From Mobula hypostoma (taxonomy: Eukaryota), in assembly GCF_963921235.1 (NCBI RefSeq), contig NC_086108.1, positions 65,412,001 to 65,476,000 of the forward strand: 64,000 bases of DNA, written 5' to 3'. The notes below the pieces were generated by a model, which saw nothing but the letters and a program-made list of their open reading frames with translations, was not told the origin of the DNA and made no database searches. The position numbers and the translations under genes were made by a program. This document shows positions 1-13,577 of this stretch, in pieces (the first letter of the stretch is position 1; the number at the start of each line of letters is the position of its first letter).

Positions 1-521
1 AAGCATTTAAATGAAGAAAATGTATATAAACGTGGCAACTCTGGTCATGAGTTAACCTCCCAGAATTTTTTGAGAGGATTTTGTATTAGCTGATCTATGT
101 GATGCCATTTTCACATTAGGAACACCACATGAAGTCTTGCTGTAGAATATCTCCTAACGTTTATACAAGGGCAGTCACTGGAGAAGGACGCACATTTCTG
201 ACAAGACTTTTTTCCTCCGAGAAGTTTTGTACCAATGTAAAAGAAAACAAAATACATAATTTTCTTATTATTTTTAAATTCAACATATTTTGAAATACTT
301 GTTTGAGAGGAGCACGGAATTGTCAACAGCAACACCTGGATTTCAGTGGATATTCCAGAAATTGTTGTGTAGTTTGTGGTATAATTTGCTCACATTAAAA
401 CAGCAATGGCAAAAATTCAGGCCATTTGATTAAGTTTGTGTTGCTTTGTTTTCTCATATAAGGAGCTTTAATTTCTGAGTTATGTGGAGTTTTAGTTTCA
501 TTTTCATTGATGTTTTTGTAG

Positions 522-651
522 GTTGATGGCGTAGACATTCAAGGATTTACTAACCAAGAAGCAATTGATGCTTTACGAAACACTGGAAAAACTGTCAACC
601 TTACCCTAGCCAGGAAGAAAAACATTAATGTCTACGAATCCTTTGAAAAGG
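522..651 (+). CDS. PATJ: PATJ/INADL internal exon, C-terminal half of PDZ3
   Basis: tttttgtag|...GAAAAGG|gtaatt; 130 nt, phase 0->1. Reads [43 protein letters not shown], similar to recalled human PATJ [33 protein letters not shown]. Confidence 0.92.
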
Positions 652-1159
652 GTAATTTATATAGTACTTTCAACTTGAATAAAATTTAACTGCTTATATA
701 AAATTCCAAATATATTCACTGTTACTTTTCTAGAGAGATTGATTTGGACAAAACAATTATCTTTTACATTAAGTTACAATAACCAGATATTGTTATTGCT
801 GGAAAAATAACCTAAAATCCCATATAATCATTGAATCATTGTCTCAAAAGAATAAATTTGACTTTGGCTTCCCTTCAAATAATTGATTTGTTGGGTTTGG
901 AAATTCTGCAGAAATGTGTCATTCTTTAAGATGTTACATTTGTTGAATTATTTTGGTTTTCTTATACTTGGAATAGAAAATATTTTGGAGTTCAGGAATT
1001 TTTTTTATTATTGTCTATAATGCTTTATTGTAAAATAGAATTGTGTAAACCCGTGGCTCTGATTTATCATTTGTTCTTGCCTAGCTTACGAACTGCATTC
1101 ACCCTTACCTAAGCAGATCCATTTATTTATGTGATGAATTAAGGAAGTATTCAAGTGTA

Positions 1160-2110
1160 ATTGAAAGCAGAAACTGCTGGCAGTGCTCAGATGTTATCTG
1201 TGGAAAGAGAAGAATTCATTTCGATTGGTGACCTTCACAACTGGGAAAAGCTAGAAAATAAGTTTTATGATGCAGCAAAAGGATAGAGAAGAAAAATAAA
1301 ATGATGGTGCCTGATGAAATGGAAGGAAGGAGAAATTCAATTTATAGAGGAAAAAGGGTTGGTAATGAGACAAGAAAAAGAACATTAGATAAGTATCAAG
1401 AAGCTGAAAGTACGAATAGCAGAACCATTATCTGAGGGATGCATGAAAGCAAACCTATCAGAAGTGGAAAGAACATAGTTGAGGAGCAGTCAACTATAAT
1501 ACTTTATACTTTATTGTCGCCAAACAATTGATACTAGAACGTACAATCATCACAGCGATATTTGATTCTGTGCTTTGCATAATGGAGAAGAGTCCACACC
1601 GGCAAAAGGAAAGTATAGGAACAGGTGTTGGATAGAGAAGCTGATAATAAGAGAAAATATTGGAATTCTAAAAAAGGGAATGGGGTAAGAAGAGGAGTAA
1701 AGTTAGTTGTGAAATGTAGTGAGTTCACTGGAAGATAGTTACTGGATGGTTTACAGAAATGAAGATAGAGAAACTGAGAAAGGAAATGGAAAAGTTTGAC
1801 ATGGGATGAAGAAATGAAGCTTAAAATTGGCAGTAATGTTGATAATCTGTTCCTGCTTGGTACAAGAGCAGGAAATATGCCAAGGAAAAGTTGGAGCAGA
1901 TCGGATCATGAGTGAAGCATAACTGCTCACCACCATAGCTTACATTGCTTAATCTTTTACTTGCAAGGTGTGAATGTAGTGAAAAGAGTAATTGTGCAAT
2001 GTAGGAACAAGTTCAGTCGGGTGGAGGATGATAATGTTTGCAGTAAACTTGGACTAGTTTGACCTCATTTCAAGAAAAGAACTGTGAGCCCTCGGACCGT
2101 TCTGTTTGAG
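1160..2110 (-). mobile_element. Old, degraded Penelope-like element remnant, interrupted by a short repeat end near 1497-1578
   Basis: Begins with an eroded copy of the PLE end (gcagaaactgctgg...atctgtggaaagaga) followed by a purine-rich 3'UTR-like tract. Boundaries approximate. Confidence 0.35.
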
Positions 2111-3196
2111 AAAAGAGGTTTCTGAGGGATTGGACACTTTTGTTTTAAATTAGAATGTTTGACTGGAAAATTTGTACCACTTAAATTGATGAATTTGAAA
2201 TGTTGCTGATTAAATGGGAAACAAAATGTATATAAAAAAGGAAGTGGCAATATAGAAAAAAATCCATGGGGCAAGAACAGAAACAAGCTGAAATAATTGC
2301 ATTTACCATTTAAACTTTTCCAAATTTTTTCAGTGGGTGTTTACCACTTTTGTTAACAATAGCGTAACTTGTGGTTTGGTCTATAATCCCTTCATTGAAG
2401 TTTATTGTATATTTAGTCCATTGTGCCCATATGGGCCGAGAATCGATTCTAGGTTAATTCTACATTGCAGATTTTGGTCTGGAGCCACCATATCTGTTGC
2501 TTATTAGATTGGATTATGGGGTTGCAGTGGTGCAGGGGGTGAGTGGAAGCTAAAGATGAGAAGTGCTGTACCATGAGTGATGTGGGAACAGAGGTACATC
2601 AGCACTTGTACCTGTATCTTACATTGAGCACACTTTTAATTTTGAGATTGCATGCTATATTTACACCATGATTAGTTTAAACACCACTTTCATAAAATAT
2701 AAAATTAGAGGTTCAGACCTTAACAAATAGAAATGGAGCAGATGTATTACAAATCAGTAGTTAATAAATTGACTTCATCTCATAAAAATTACAGCATTGT
2801 AATGGATTCCTCAAGATAATTGTGGGTACCATCTGAATTGCCCTGGAATTCAAATATGGCATCAAACAGTATTATAGATAAAAATGATATTTCATGGAAA
2901 CATGGAAATAAAAGGAAACACATCTGTTTCATTATGTATTATCATTGCTTATCTCTTGAATTAGCACATCTCTTTCCTTTAAAGAGAGAAATAATTTTTA
3001 AAATCATACAGCTTTTGTTTGCACCGTTAAGGCATCTTGCACCAAATAATATGCAGCAGAAAATGTTGCTCAGCAGAGATGTGATAAAGAATGCGAACGC
3101 GTATCAATATAAGATTATTCCAAGATAGTCCAATATGAAGAGATTCTTAATTTGGAAGATAAAAGTAAATATAATATTGTTTTTTTTTTACAACAG

Positions 3197-3301
3197 AATT
3201 AACACACATGACAAATGCACCCATCACTGAAAACAGCTTTTACTCTGCAGTTGAAGAGGAAGAAAATACATATGTAAAGAAGCAGGACTTCAAAATTGAT
3301 G
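3197..3301 (+). CDS. PATJ: PATJ exon, acidic PDZ3-PDZ4 linker
   Basis: Poly-T tract + caacag|; donor G|gtatgt; 105 nt, phase 1->1, open: (E)LTHMTNAPITENSFYSAVEEEENTYVKKQDFKID. Keeps frame between the neighbouring exons. Confidence 0.8.
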
Positions 3302-3519
3302 GTATGTGCAGTTTATCCAGATATATAAGTACAGGTATCACAGTGCAATATTAAGGAATACTGAAGGATGTACATGTACTTTTCCACAATTTATTATCAC
3401 AATTGACACTATTGATAGTACCAGCACACTGTCAGGATATGTCAAGAGCGCAAACAAAGCCACTTGAATTAACTTCCAATGGAATACAAGTCAGAAGTAA
3501 ACAAAAGAAGCTAACTTTA

Positions 3520-4330
3520 TCAGATTCAGATTTATTTATCACATGTATATTGAAACATACAGTAAAATACATTGCTTGTGTTAACAATGAACGCATTAAA
3601 AGTATACTGGAAGCAACTTGAAAATATCATGGCATAATCCAGAGCCAACATAGCATGTCTACAATGTTTAGCAGAACAATACAAGCAACAGCAACAATAA
3701 CAACAAAACAAAGCAGTAACAACAAAAGAAGCCCTTTTCTTACCCACCCATACGCACAGACAGGCCTCCATCCCCAGGACAGGCCATCATCGGACTTCCA
3801 GTCCTTGTCCCTGGACTCTCAAACAGTCAGACACTGGGCCTCCAAACTCCAGCAAAGAGCCCAGACTCTCAGGTACTGAGCTTCTGACTACCCCTGGACT
3901 TGCCAATCATGGGACTTTGACCTTCGGGTCTCTGATTACTCCAGAGCTCTCCAATTACAGAGCTTTGACCTTTGGGCCTTGACCCCAGGATTTGCCTATC
4001 GTGGGATTTTGCCCTGCAGGCCTTAATTTACAGCCTTGCTTGGATTTCAGACCCTGGGACTCACTGATATGGGAGGCACTGACCCTTGTGCCACCTGCCC
4101 GTGTGGACCTCTGACCCACGATTTGTCGACCTGAGGATCACCGGTCTCAGTCCCTGCCAACCCGATGTCTGGGTTTGCTGGCCTTTGACTGTGGAGCACT
4201 CCACATGGACTCCAAACATCAGCTTCTGCTAGTGACTCTTCATTTACTACCCCTGATATCTAACTGTCTCTTATCTCTTACTTAAAACTTAACCTGACCC
4301 CTAACTCCTTAAAACCATCGCTACAGACCT
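3520..4330 (-). repeat. Unclassified retroposon 3' region with degenerate internal short repeats
   Basis: AATAAA + (TCTGAA)n tail on the minus strand at ~3520; many ggact/gacc/ccag-type degenerate repeats at 3790-4210. Confidence 0.45.
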
Positions 4331-4769
4331 AATTTAATTAGTCATGCAGACAACACTCCCTTTTTTTTTCTATAGCAAAGCGGTCCAGCCATTGCTCTGA
4401 ATAGGACATTTTTACATGGCCTGAAAGCTTTATATTAGCGTCATATAAAAGAAAGTTCCAACTGCACAAAAACAAAGGCAATGTGCATGGGAGCATTTTA
4501 CTGCATGTGCACGTGTACAGCTTTGAGGGAATAGTGCATACAGATTATACATAAACTTCACGCAGGTGGTTTTGTTATTAGAAATAGATACAGAAGCACT
4601 AGAAAACTCTGAAACATTAAGAAATGTAATAGTGCTATCAATCTCATGGGAATTTCTGGCTCATGACTACTCATATTGAAGAAAGAGCATTTACAGTAGC
4701 ATTGAGAACCTTCAATTCCTTCACCGAGCGTTTGCAGAAATCCAGCCTGGACAACAGAAAGAGCTTAAA

Positions 4770-5190
4770 GCTCAAACTTCAAAGATCAGTTTATTATCAA
4801 AGTACCTATATGTAACTATATACAACCCTGAGATTAATTTTCTTGAGGGCATACACAATAACTAGTAGTAATACTATAGAATCATTGAAAGGCCACACCC
4901 AGTAGGACGGGCAAACAACCAATGCTCAAAAGACAAGAAAGTTGTGCAAGTACATAAAGGAAGAAAATAAACAAGCAAGCAAGTAATATTGAGAACATGA
5001 CATGAAGATGCCTTGAGTGAGTCTGTAGGTGATGAGACCAGTTCAGTGATGGGATGAGTAATGTTATCCTCCTCTGGTTCAAGATCCTGATGGTTGATGG
5101 ATAATAGCTGCTCCTGAACTGGTGGTGTGGGTCCTGAGGCTCATTTACATTATTCCTGATGGAAACACTGAGAGTATGGCCTGGATAGTG
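4770..5190 (-). mobile_element. Rex1/Babar LINE 3' fragment
   Basis: Similar to 12572-13420 and 61620-62155 (ggttcaaga..cctgatggttga..gctgctcctgaac..gtcctgaggc). Confidence 0.7.
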
Positions 5191-7051
5191 GACTACTCAG
5201 TAGCTATGTCCTGGCTCAGTTTGGCAAAATCTGCAGATCTCATATTGGCATTATCAACCAGCTCAGAGCCTACAGAACTAGGTTGTTAGCAAGTCACCTA
5301 GGGGGAGAAAAAAATAATTGTACTTGTAAGCAGGAATTTTATAAAATGGATCCAAAAATGAAATATGCATATAGAGTAATCACTCGTCTATAATTACTCG
5401 GATGTGGAGGGTTGAGACAGAGAGTTTTGAAGAGCCTAAATTGGAAATTTATTTGGTGAAATTGATACACTTTCAAGAAATTATATATTTATTGTCAACC
5501 CTGGCTGACTTATTATCAGTAATTACTGAGTGAGGAATTAGAGTTTCAGCCAGACCTGACTGGATAGTGTTGCTGTACTCTTTGAAGGCATCAGTTGACA
5601 ACTTTCATGACGGATTTATGTGCAAGACCCCAAAACAAAAGCTGATTTTTTTTTTGTTAATATTACATTTTCCATTGTAATATTTTCATTGTCAAATTCC
5701 AAAATTTGAAAATCATAGTCGGTAATATATCAGGGGTTTTTGATGGTTCACGTAGTGATTTGTCCATACTTTTTTCGTTAATCACAGGAATAGCCAAACT
5801 GATAATCTTAGGATTTTCAAAAAATTACAGAGACTTGGCACTTGAGGAACAAACACATATTTATATTTAAAATTTTATGAATCCTCATTTTGATTCTTGA
5901 TTGGGATATTAATCTTTTTTTCAGTTGTGTTTGCTGTAAGTTTACAAAGCAGAAGATTGTCTTCACAGATGACTTGGTGATATAGTGTTACCATCTAGTA
6001 AATGTAGTTTATTTACATTTTTGGAATGGTTTTGATAAACTTCTGAAACTTTAAAAAGCAGCTAAATGCATACACAGATTGTACATCAGATTGTTATGGC
6101 AATACAAGTTTTAAGATGGATCATTGGAGTTTGGACTGTTGCATTTTTGCTGGATCATTTGACAGACATCTGTTATTAAAGTACGTTTTTAATAGATAAG
6201 AGCATTTAAATTAGTACTATAAAACTTCCCAGTGTCCCAAAATATCTCATGACAAGACTGAAGTATAGGAGATCAATTTTTGTTAAATTTTACCCATCAT
6301 TATTAACCTCTTCTGTTTAAATATATCTATACAGAGATGAGCTAAAAACTGGTGGATGGTAGTTAATAAAGATAAGTAAAAATTAAACAAATATCACAGG
6401 ACTTGGGCTGACCTTTCACTGAAAGTAGCAAACAAAGTTGGTGTTAAGCCTTCTGTAGAGGCAAATAAAATTCTAGTGTATTTTTCAAAAGAACTTGACT
6501 TCAAATTTTCTCTTAAAGATTAAATCTACAATATTAATACATAAACTATCCAATTTCATATGGTCATATAGTATTTTAGAGGCTGTAGAGATGAACATCA
6601 CAGTGCAGCTACAGCACCATCACATGGTCGCAGCTTGCAACGACAGGTTCACTGGGATGAATTAACATGGGGATTTTAAATTATGGTAATTTTCAGAGGT
6701 ATTTTAGACCATAAGACATAGGAACAGAATTAGGTCATTTGGGCCATGGAGTCTGCTCTGCCATTAAATCATGGCTGATCTTTTTTTCCTCCCATCCTCA
6801 GCCCCACTTCTTGGGCTTCTCCCCGTAACCTTTGACGCCATGTCCAATCAAGAACCTGTCAAGCTCTGTCTTAAATACATACAACGATCTGACCTCCACA
6901 GCTACCTGCGGCAATGCACTCCACAAATTCACCGCTGTCAGGCTGAAAAGAATTCTCAGCATCTCAGTTTTAAATGGATGCCACTCTATCCTGAGGCTGT
7001 GCCCTCTTGTCCTAGACTCCCCTACCATGGGAAACATCCTTTCCACATCTA

Positions 7052-7166
7052 ACTCTCTTCCTTCAGTTAGTCCTGACGAAGGGTCTCGGCCTGAAACGTC
7101 GACTGCGCCTCTTCCTATAGATGCTGCCTGGCCTGCTGCGTTCACCAGCAACTTTGATGTATGTTG
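7052..7166 (+). mobile_element. PLE 3'-end insertion nested in CR1, 13-bp TSD
   Basis: Flanked by ctttccacatcta at 7039-7051 and 7167-7179; same family as the end of the PLE at 40737-42078. Confidence 0.85.
7069..7104 (+). ncRNA. Minimal type-I hammerhead ribozyme (PLE-associated)
   Basis: AGUC-CUGACGA-AGGgucucggCCU-GAAAC-GUC/GACU. All core nucleotides present; stem I AGUC:GACU; predicted cleavage after 7100. Confidence 0.75.
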
Positions 7167-8522
7167 CTTTCCACATCTACTCTGTTTAGGCCTTTCCACA
7201 TTTAAAAGTTTCAATGACATCCACCCTTGTCATCCTTCTAAATTCCAGTGAGTACAGACCCAGAGCCATCAATGTTCCTAGTATGATAACCCTTTCATTC
7301 TCAGAATCATCCTTGTGAACCTCCTCTGAACCATTTCCAATGTCAGCTTTTGAAATGTGGAGTGACATTTGCAAATTTCCAGTCCTCTGGCACCATGCCA
7401 GAGTCCAGTGATTTTTGAAAGATATTTACTAATGCCTCCATAGACTCTACTGCTACCTCTTTCAGAACCCTCGGGTACAGTTCATCTGGTCCGGGTGACT
7501 TAAGTACCCTTCTGTCTTTTAGCTTTTTAAGCACCTTCTCCCTTGAATAGTATCTGTACTCACTTCTCTTCCTTCATACCCTTCAACATGTGGCACACTA
7601 CTCGTGTCTTCCACAGTGAAGGTTGATACAAAATACTCATTTAATTCATCTGCTATCTCCTTGTCCCCTGCTATTATTTCCCTAGCCTCATTTTCTAGTG
7701 GTCCTATATCCACTTTCATCTCTCTTTTATATTTATATACTTGAAAAAGCTTTTGCAATCCACTTTGATATTGTTTGCTAGCTTGCTTTTATATTTCACC
7801 TTTTCCCTCCTAATGATTCTTTTAGTTATTCTCTGTAGGATTTTATAAGCTTCCCAATCTTCTGCCTTCGAGCTAACTTTTACTTTGTTGTATGCCCCCT
7901 TTTACTTTTTTGTTAGCTTTGGTTTCCCTTGTCAACCACAGTCGTACTCTCTTGCCATTTGAATATTTCTTCTTTTTTCGAATACATCTATCCTGCTTCC
8001 TCAGTTTTCTCAGAAACGCACACCATTGCTGCTTTGCTATCATCCCAGCCAGCATCTCCTTTCGATTTACTTCCACCAACTCCTCTCTCATACCAATGTA
8101 ATTTTATTTACTCCACTGAAATACTGTTACATTAGACTTTACTTTCTCCTTATCAAATTTCAAGTTGAACTCAATTAAATTGTGATCACTGCCTCCTAGG
8201 GGTTCTTTTACCTTAAGTTCCCTAATCACCTCTGGTTCATTACATAAAACCCAATCCAGTATAGCTGATCCCCTAGTAGAAACTGCTCTAAAAAGCCATC
8301 TTGTAGGCATTCCATAAACTGACTGTTTTGAGAACAATTACCAACCTGATTTTCCCAATCTACCTGAAAATTGAAATCTCCCATGACCGTCATAACACTG
8401 CCCTTTGACACGCCTTTTCTATTTCCTTTTTTCTATTTTAATGTTATATGTTGCTAATCAATGTCTCCATCCTTTTGTCCCTCTCTGATATTGTCTTCAG
8501 GCAAATGAATGGCTTTCATTTG

Positions 8523-8652
8523 AATTTGTAGTTTTTGTATTGTTTCATGTAACACCATGGTCATGAAAAAAGTTCTCATTTTTACTGTGTACTGTTCCAG
8601 CAATTATGGTCAAAATGACAATAAAAAGTGACTTGACTTGACTTGACTTGAT
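8523..8652 (+). repeat. Retroposon 3' end with (GACTT)n tail
   Basis: aataaaaagtgacttgacttgacttgacttga. Confidence 0.6.
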
Positions 8653-8879
8653 TTGAAGTCAACATCTTATCAGAGAAGATATCAACAAGCCCCCTATTTC
8701 CATTTATGCTGTAGTACCCTTTTCTCTTGCAAGCCTTAGCTTAGACTTAACCTTACTGGTGAATACACTGATTTAATGACAGTCTAACTGACTGTAATAT
8801 TACATAAGTAAAATATAAACATATGTTTATAATTAAAATAAAAGTATTTGAATTAATAATGTAAAAGGAGGTAATGCAC

Positions 8880-9672
8880 AGGAGGCATACAGTGGTGAGA
8901 CAGATCAGCTAGTTGAGTGGTGTCGCAGCAACAACCTTGTACTCGATGTCAGTAAGACCAAGGGCTTGATTATGGACTTCAGGAAGGGTAAGTTGAGGAA
9001 ACATAAACAAGTCCTCGTCGAGGGATCAGAAGAAGGAAAAGTGAGCAGTTTCAAGTTCCTGGGTGTCAGCATCTCTGAGGATCTATCCTCACCCAAACTT
9101 ATTCATGCAATTACAAAGAAGGCACTGTAGGGGCTATGTTTCATTAGAAGTTTGAGGAGAATTGGTATGTCACCAAAGATATTCGCAGGTTTCTACAGCT
9201 GTACCGTAGAGAGCATTCTAACTGGCTGCATCACTGTCTGGTATGCACAGGATTGGAAAAAGCTGCAGAAATTATAAACTCCGCCAGCTCCATAATGAGC
9301 ACTAGCCTCCCCAGCATTGAGGGTACCTTCAAAAGGCGATGCCTTAAAAAGGCAGCATCCATCATTAAGGACCTCCAGCACCCAGGGCTACTATCAGGGA
9401 GGAGGTATAGGAGCCCGAGGATCCACACTCTGTTTCAGGAGCAGCTTCTTCCCCTCTGCCATCAGCTTTCTGAATGGAAAATGAACCCATGAGCACTTCT
9501 TCAGTATTTTTACCATCTCTTTTACACTACTTATTTAATTTATCGTTTTGTATATATTTATTGTAATTTGTAGTTTATTATTATTATGTATTGCACTGTT
9601 CTGCTATCGCAAAACAACAAATTTCATGACATATGCTGGTCATAGTAAACCTGATTCTGATTTTGATTCTGA
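8880..9672 (+). mobile_element. Rex1/Babar LINE 3' fragment
   Basis: WCRSNNL..SKTK, FKFLGVSISEDL, CTVESILTGCITVWY, CLKKAASIIKD; (ctgatt)n tail. Confidence 0.85.
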
Positions 9673-9869
9673 AACCTTGAACACATTTCGTCATATAAAT
9701 AAGGTGATTAATCTTTACTAAATTCCATCGATAATCCTTCTTCTAAATTGTTCAGTAAATAAACTTTTCCTGGACTTTTATCTTATTTTAAGATATGTTC
9801 TCACATTTGTAACTTCTTGTTTTTGACTCTTGTACAAGTGGAAACTGTCTCTCTGTGGTCCAATTTATT

Positions 9870-11711
9870 ATAGAACATAGAAATTGACAGCGCATTACAG
9901 GCCCTTCGGCCCGCAATGTTGTGTCAACTATGTAACCTACCCTACAGACTGTCTAGAATTTCCCTAGTGCATAGCCCTCTATTTTCCTAAGCTCCATGTA
10001 CCTATTTAAGAGGCTCTTAAAAGACCCTATTGTATCCGCTTCCACCACCGCCGCTGGCAGTGCATTCCACACACCCACCACTCTGTGTGGGAAAACTTCG
10101 CACTGACATCCCTTTGGTACCTATTTCCAAGCACCTTAAAACTATGCCCCCTCATGTTAGCCATTTCATCCCTGGGAAAAAGCCTCTGGCTATCCACACG
10201 ATCAATGCCCCTAATCATCTTATACACCTCTATCAGGTCACCTCTCATCCTCCATCATTTCAAGGAGAAAAGTATACTCAACCTATTCTCATAAGGTATG
10301 CCCTCCAATCCAGGCAGCATCCTTGTAAATCTCCTCTGCACTCTCTCTATAGTATCCACATCCTTCCTGTAGTAAGGTGACCAGAACTGAACACAATACT
10401 CCAAATGGGGTCTAACTAAGGTCTTGTATAGCTGTAACATTACCTCACGGCTCTGGAACTCAATATCACGGTTGATGAATGCCAGCACACCATATACCTT
10501 CTTAACAACATTGTCAACCTGTGCAGCAGCTTTGAGTGTCCTATCGACATGGACCCCAAGATCTCTCAGATCCTCCACACTGCCAACAGTCTTACCATTT
10601 ATATTATATTCTGTCTTCAAATTGGACCTACCAAAATGAATCACTTCACACTTATCTGGGTTGAAGTCCATCTGCCACTTCTCAGCCCAATTCTGCATCC
10701 TATCGATGTCCCGCTGTAATCTCTGACAACTCTCCAGACCATGCACAACATTCCCAACCTTCGTGTCATCAGTAAATTTACTAACCCACCCTTCTACTTC
10801 TTCATCCAGGTCATTTATAAAAATCACGAAGAACAGGGTCCTAGAACGGATCCTTGAGGCACACCACTGGTCACTGACCTCCAAGCAGAATATGACCCGT
10901 CTACAATCACTCTTTGTACTCTGTGGGCAAGCCAATTCTGGATTCACAAAGCAAGGTCTTCTTGGATCCCATGCCCCTTTACTCTCTGAAGGAGCCTTGC
11001 ATGGGAAACTTTATCAAATGCCTTACTGAAATACATATACACTACACACATAAAAGTTGCTGGTGAACGCAGCAGGCCAGGCAGCATCTCTAGGAAGATC
11101 TCTAGAGATGCTGCCTGGCCTGCTGCGTTCACCAGCAACTTTTATGTGTGTTGCTTGAATTTCCAGCATCTGCAGAATTTCCTGTTGTTTGCGTACATAT
11201 ACACTACAACCACTGCTCAACCGTTATTAATGTGTTTTGTTACATGCTCAAAGAATTTAATCAGGCTCATAAGGCACGACCGCCCTTGACAAAGCCATGC
11301 TGACTATCCCTCATCAGATTATGTCTCTCCAAATGCTCATAAGTCCTGCCTGTCAGAATCTTCTGTAACAACTTGCCCACCAGTGATGTCACTGATCTAT
11401 AATTTCCTGAGTTATCTCTACTCCCTTTCTTGAACAAGGGAACAGCATTTGCAACCCTCCAATCCTCCAGTACTTCTGCCATCCCTATTGATGATGCAAA
11501 GATCATAGCAAGAGGCTCAGCAATCTCCTCCCTCAGCAGCCTGGTGTATATCTCATGCGGTCCTGGTCCTAACTTAATGCTTTTCAAAAGCTCCAGCACA
11601 TCCTCTTTCTTAATGTTTAAATGCTCAAGCATTTCAGTCCGCTGTAAGTCATCCCCACAATTGCCAAGGCCCTTTTCACTGGTGAATGCTGAAGCAAAGT
11701 ATTCATTAAGA
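9870..11711 (-). mobile_element. CR1 LINE RT fragment + 3'UTR
   Basis: FINDLDEEVEGWVSKFTDDTK, LYKTLVRPHLEYCVQFWSPYYRKD; (atagaac) tail. Confidence 0.92.
11047..11193. mobile_element. Palindromic PLE-end insertion, 15-bp TSD
   Basis: TSD tacatatacactaca at 11032-11046 and 11194-11208; 50-bp inverted arms 11044-11093 and 11102-11151. Confidence 0.85.
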
Positions 11712-12571
11712 ATAAAATGAGGGCACGTGACTAAAAGTTTGGTTAAAGTGGGTACATTTCAACGAGCATTTTAAAAGGAAGCAATGAAATCAGAGAAGCA
11801 AATTTAAGAAGAGCTTTGATTTCAGAGAGTTTCAGCTAATAGCGGAACAGTTAAATGAAGATAGCAAAATGGCCAGAATTGGCAAGAATTACCTTGGACA
11901 ACTGGAAAAGATTACTCTTGTTTTTCATCTTAAAAGCAAAGATGAAAATAATAATTGTAGGATATTGCTCTATCAGATGCAAATGTGGCTTTTAAACATG
12001 GGGATCAGAGTTTCTGCAAAGGGCAGAAAATGGGTGGCAGCTGGAAGCTGACTGCAAAAGTGAACTATCAGTAGTATGAAAGGCATGGATAAGGCTTTCA
12101 GTCATCAAGTTGCTAGAAGTGTTGGAGATAGTTGATGTAACAGGGCTTCAGACCAAATAACATTTCTTTAGCTACTGTTTTGAAATTTCAGCGGAAAGTT
12201 ATCTATGCTGAACATTATTAGAGGGAAAATGAGTCAGATTACTCACTTCCTAAATTTCTACGGAATCGTGAAACATTCTGTTCTATCTTCAATATTTTAT
12301 TCACTGTAAATATCTTTATGGAAACAAATTTGCTTGCATTTACTTTCTGTACAGTGATTCTCTTAAGCCCATTACAACAATAAACCCAGTATGCTAGAAT
12401 TAATAAAACATTAGCTCTGTGCGCTTGATTCTGGATCAATAGATTATCAATAGTCCATGGATCAATATTGGTAGCCTGTTTAAAATACAAAGAGTATACA
12501 TAATTTTGTGGAGACCCAGAGTGCACAGTGCTAAAGGTAGGCATAACTAGATGAAGATAAGTGAAGCATAG

Positions 12572-13420
12572 TTTAAAGTTCAAAGTAAAATTTATTATCA
12601 GAGTATATGTGTGTCACCACGTACAACTCTGAGAATCTTTTTCTGTGGGCATACTCAGCAAATCTGTAGAACAGTAACCAGGTTGTAAACATCAGTAACT
12701 GTAAATAAACTCTGCAAATGCAGATATAAATAAATAGCAATAAATAACGGGCATGAAATATAACACAAAATAACAATATAACATCCAACAATATAACAAG
12801 GTCTTTAAATGAGTGTAGTTCTCCCCTTTTGTTCAAGAGCCTGATGGATGAGGGGTAGTAACTGTTCTTGAACCTGGTGGTGTGAGTCCTGAGGCACCTG
12901 TACCTTCTACCTGATGGGAGCAGTGAGAAAAGAACATGACCTGGGTGGTGAGGATCTTTGATGATAAATGCTGCTTTTCTACAACAATGTTTTATGTGGA
13001 TGCGCTCAATGGTTTGAAGGGTTTTACCTGTGATGTACTGGGCCAAATCTACTACCTTTTGTAGGAGTTTCCGCTCAAAGGCATTAGTGTCCCATACCAG
13101 GCTGTAATGCAGCCAATCAGCACACTTTCCACTACACATCTATAGACGTTTGCTGAGGTTTTCGATGACATGCTGAATCTCCACAGACTCCTGAGGAAGT
13201 AGAGGTGCTGTCGTGCTTTCTCTGCAATTATATTTATATGATGGGTCCAGAACAGATCCTCTGAGATAGTGACACCCAAGAATTTACAGTTACTGACCCT
13301 CTCCACCTCTAATCCTGCAATGATTACTGGCTCATGGACCTCTGGTTTCCCTCTCCTGGTCCTCAATCATTTCCTTGGTCTTATTGGTATTGAGTGAGAG
13401 GTTTTTGTTATTATACCACT
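12572..13420 (-). mobile_element. Rex1/Babar LINE 3' fragment
   Basis: KFLGVTISEDL, CVVESVLIGCITAWYG, HPGHVLFSLLPSGRRYRCLRTHTTRFKNSYYPSSIRLLN. Confidence 0.88.
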
Positions 13421-13577
13421 TACAAAGTTTTCAATCTCAATTTCAATAGTGTTTCCAGCATGGCATTGATAGCCATTACTTTTATTCTGCCTAGATGAAT
13501 TTGTGTACTGTTAACTAATTTAGTAATTTTGTTTGAATCCTCTAAGCTAAATCTAATGTAACATTTTAAAATTTTAG

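Larger units (their letters stand above)
6706..8430 (-). mobile_element. CR1 LINE fragment (endonuclease end + internally deleted RT + 3'UTR)
   Basis: Peptides VMGDFNF, AILDWVLCNEP...GGSDHN, KSPGPDELYPRVLKE, RTRGHSLRI; (accataag) tail. Confidence 0.9.

Noticed and set aside
3790..4210. CRISPR-like or coding repeat array
   Set aside because: Units are degenerate and irregular with no constant repeat-spacer period; the context is a eukaryotic retroposon.
6335..6360. Possible micro-exon (acag|agatgagctaaaaactggtggatg|gtagtt)
   Set aside because: Gives a stop or frameshift in the required phase 1, and the donors are weak.
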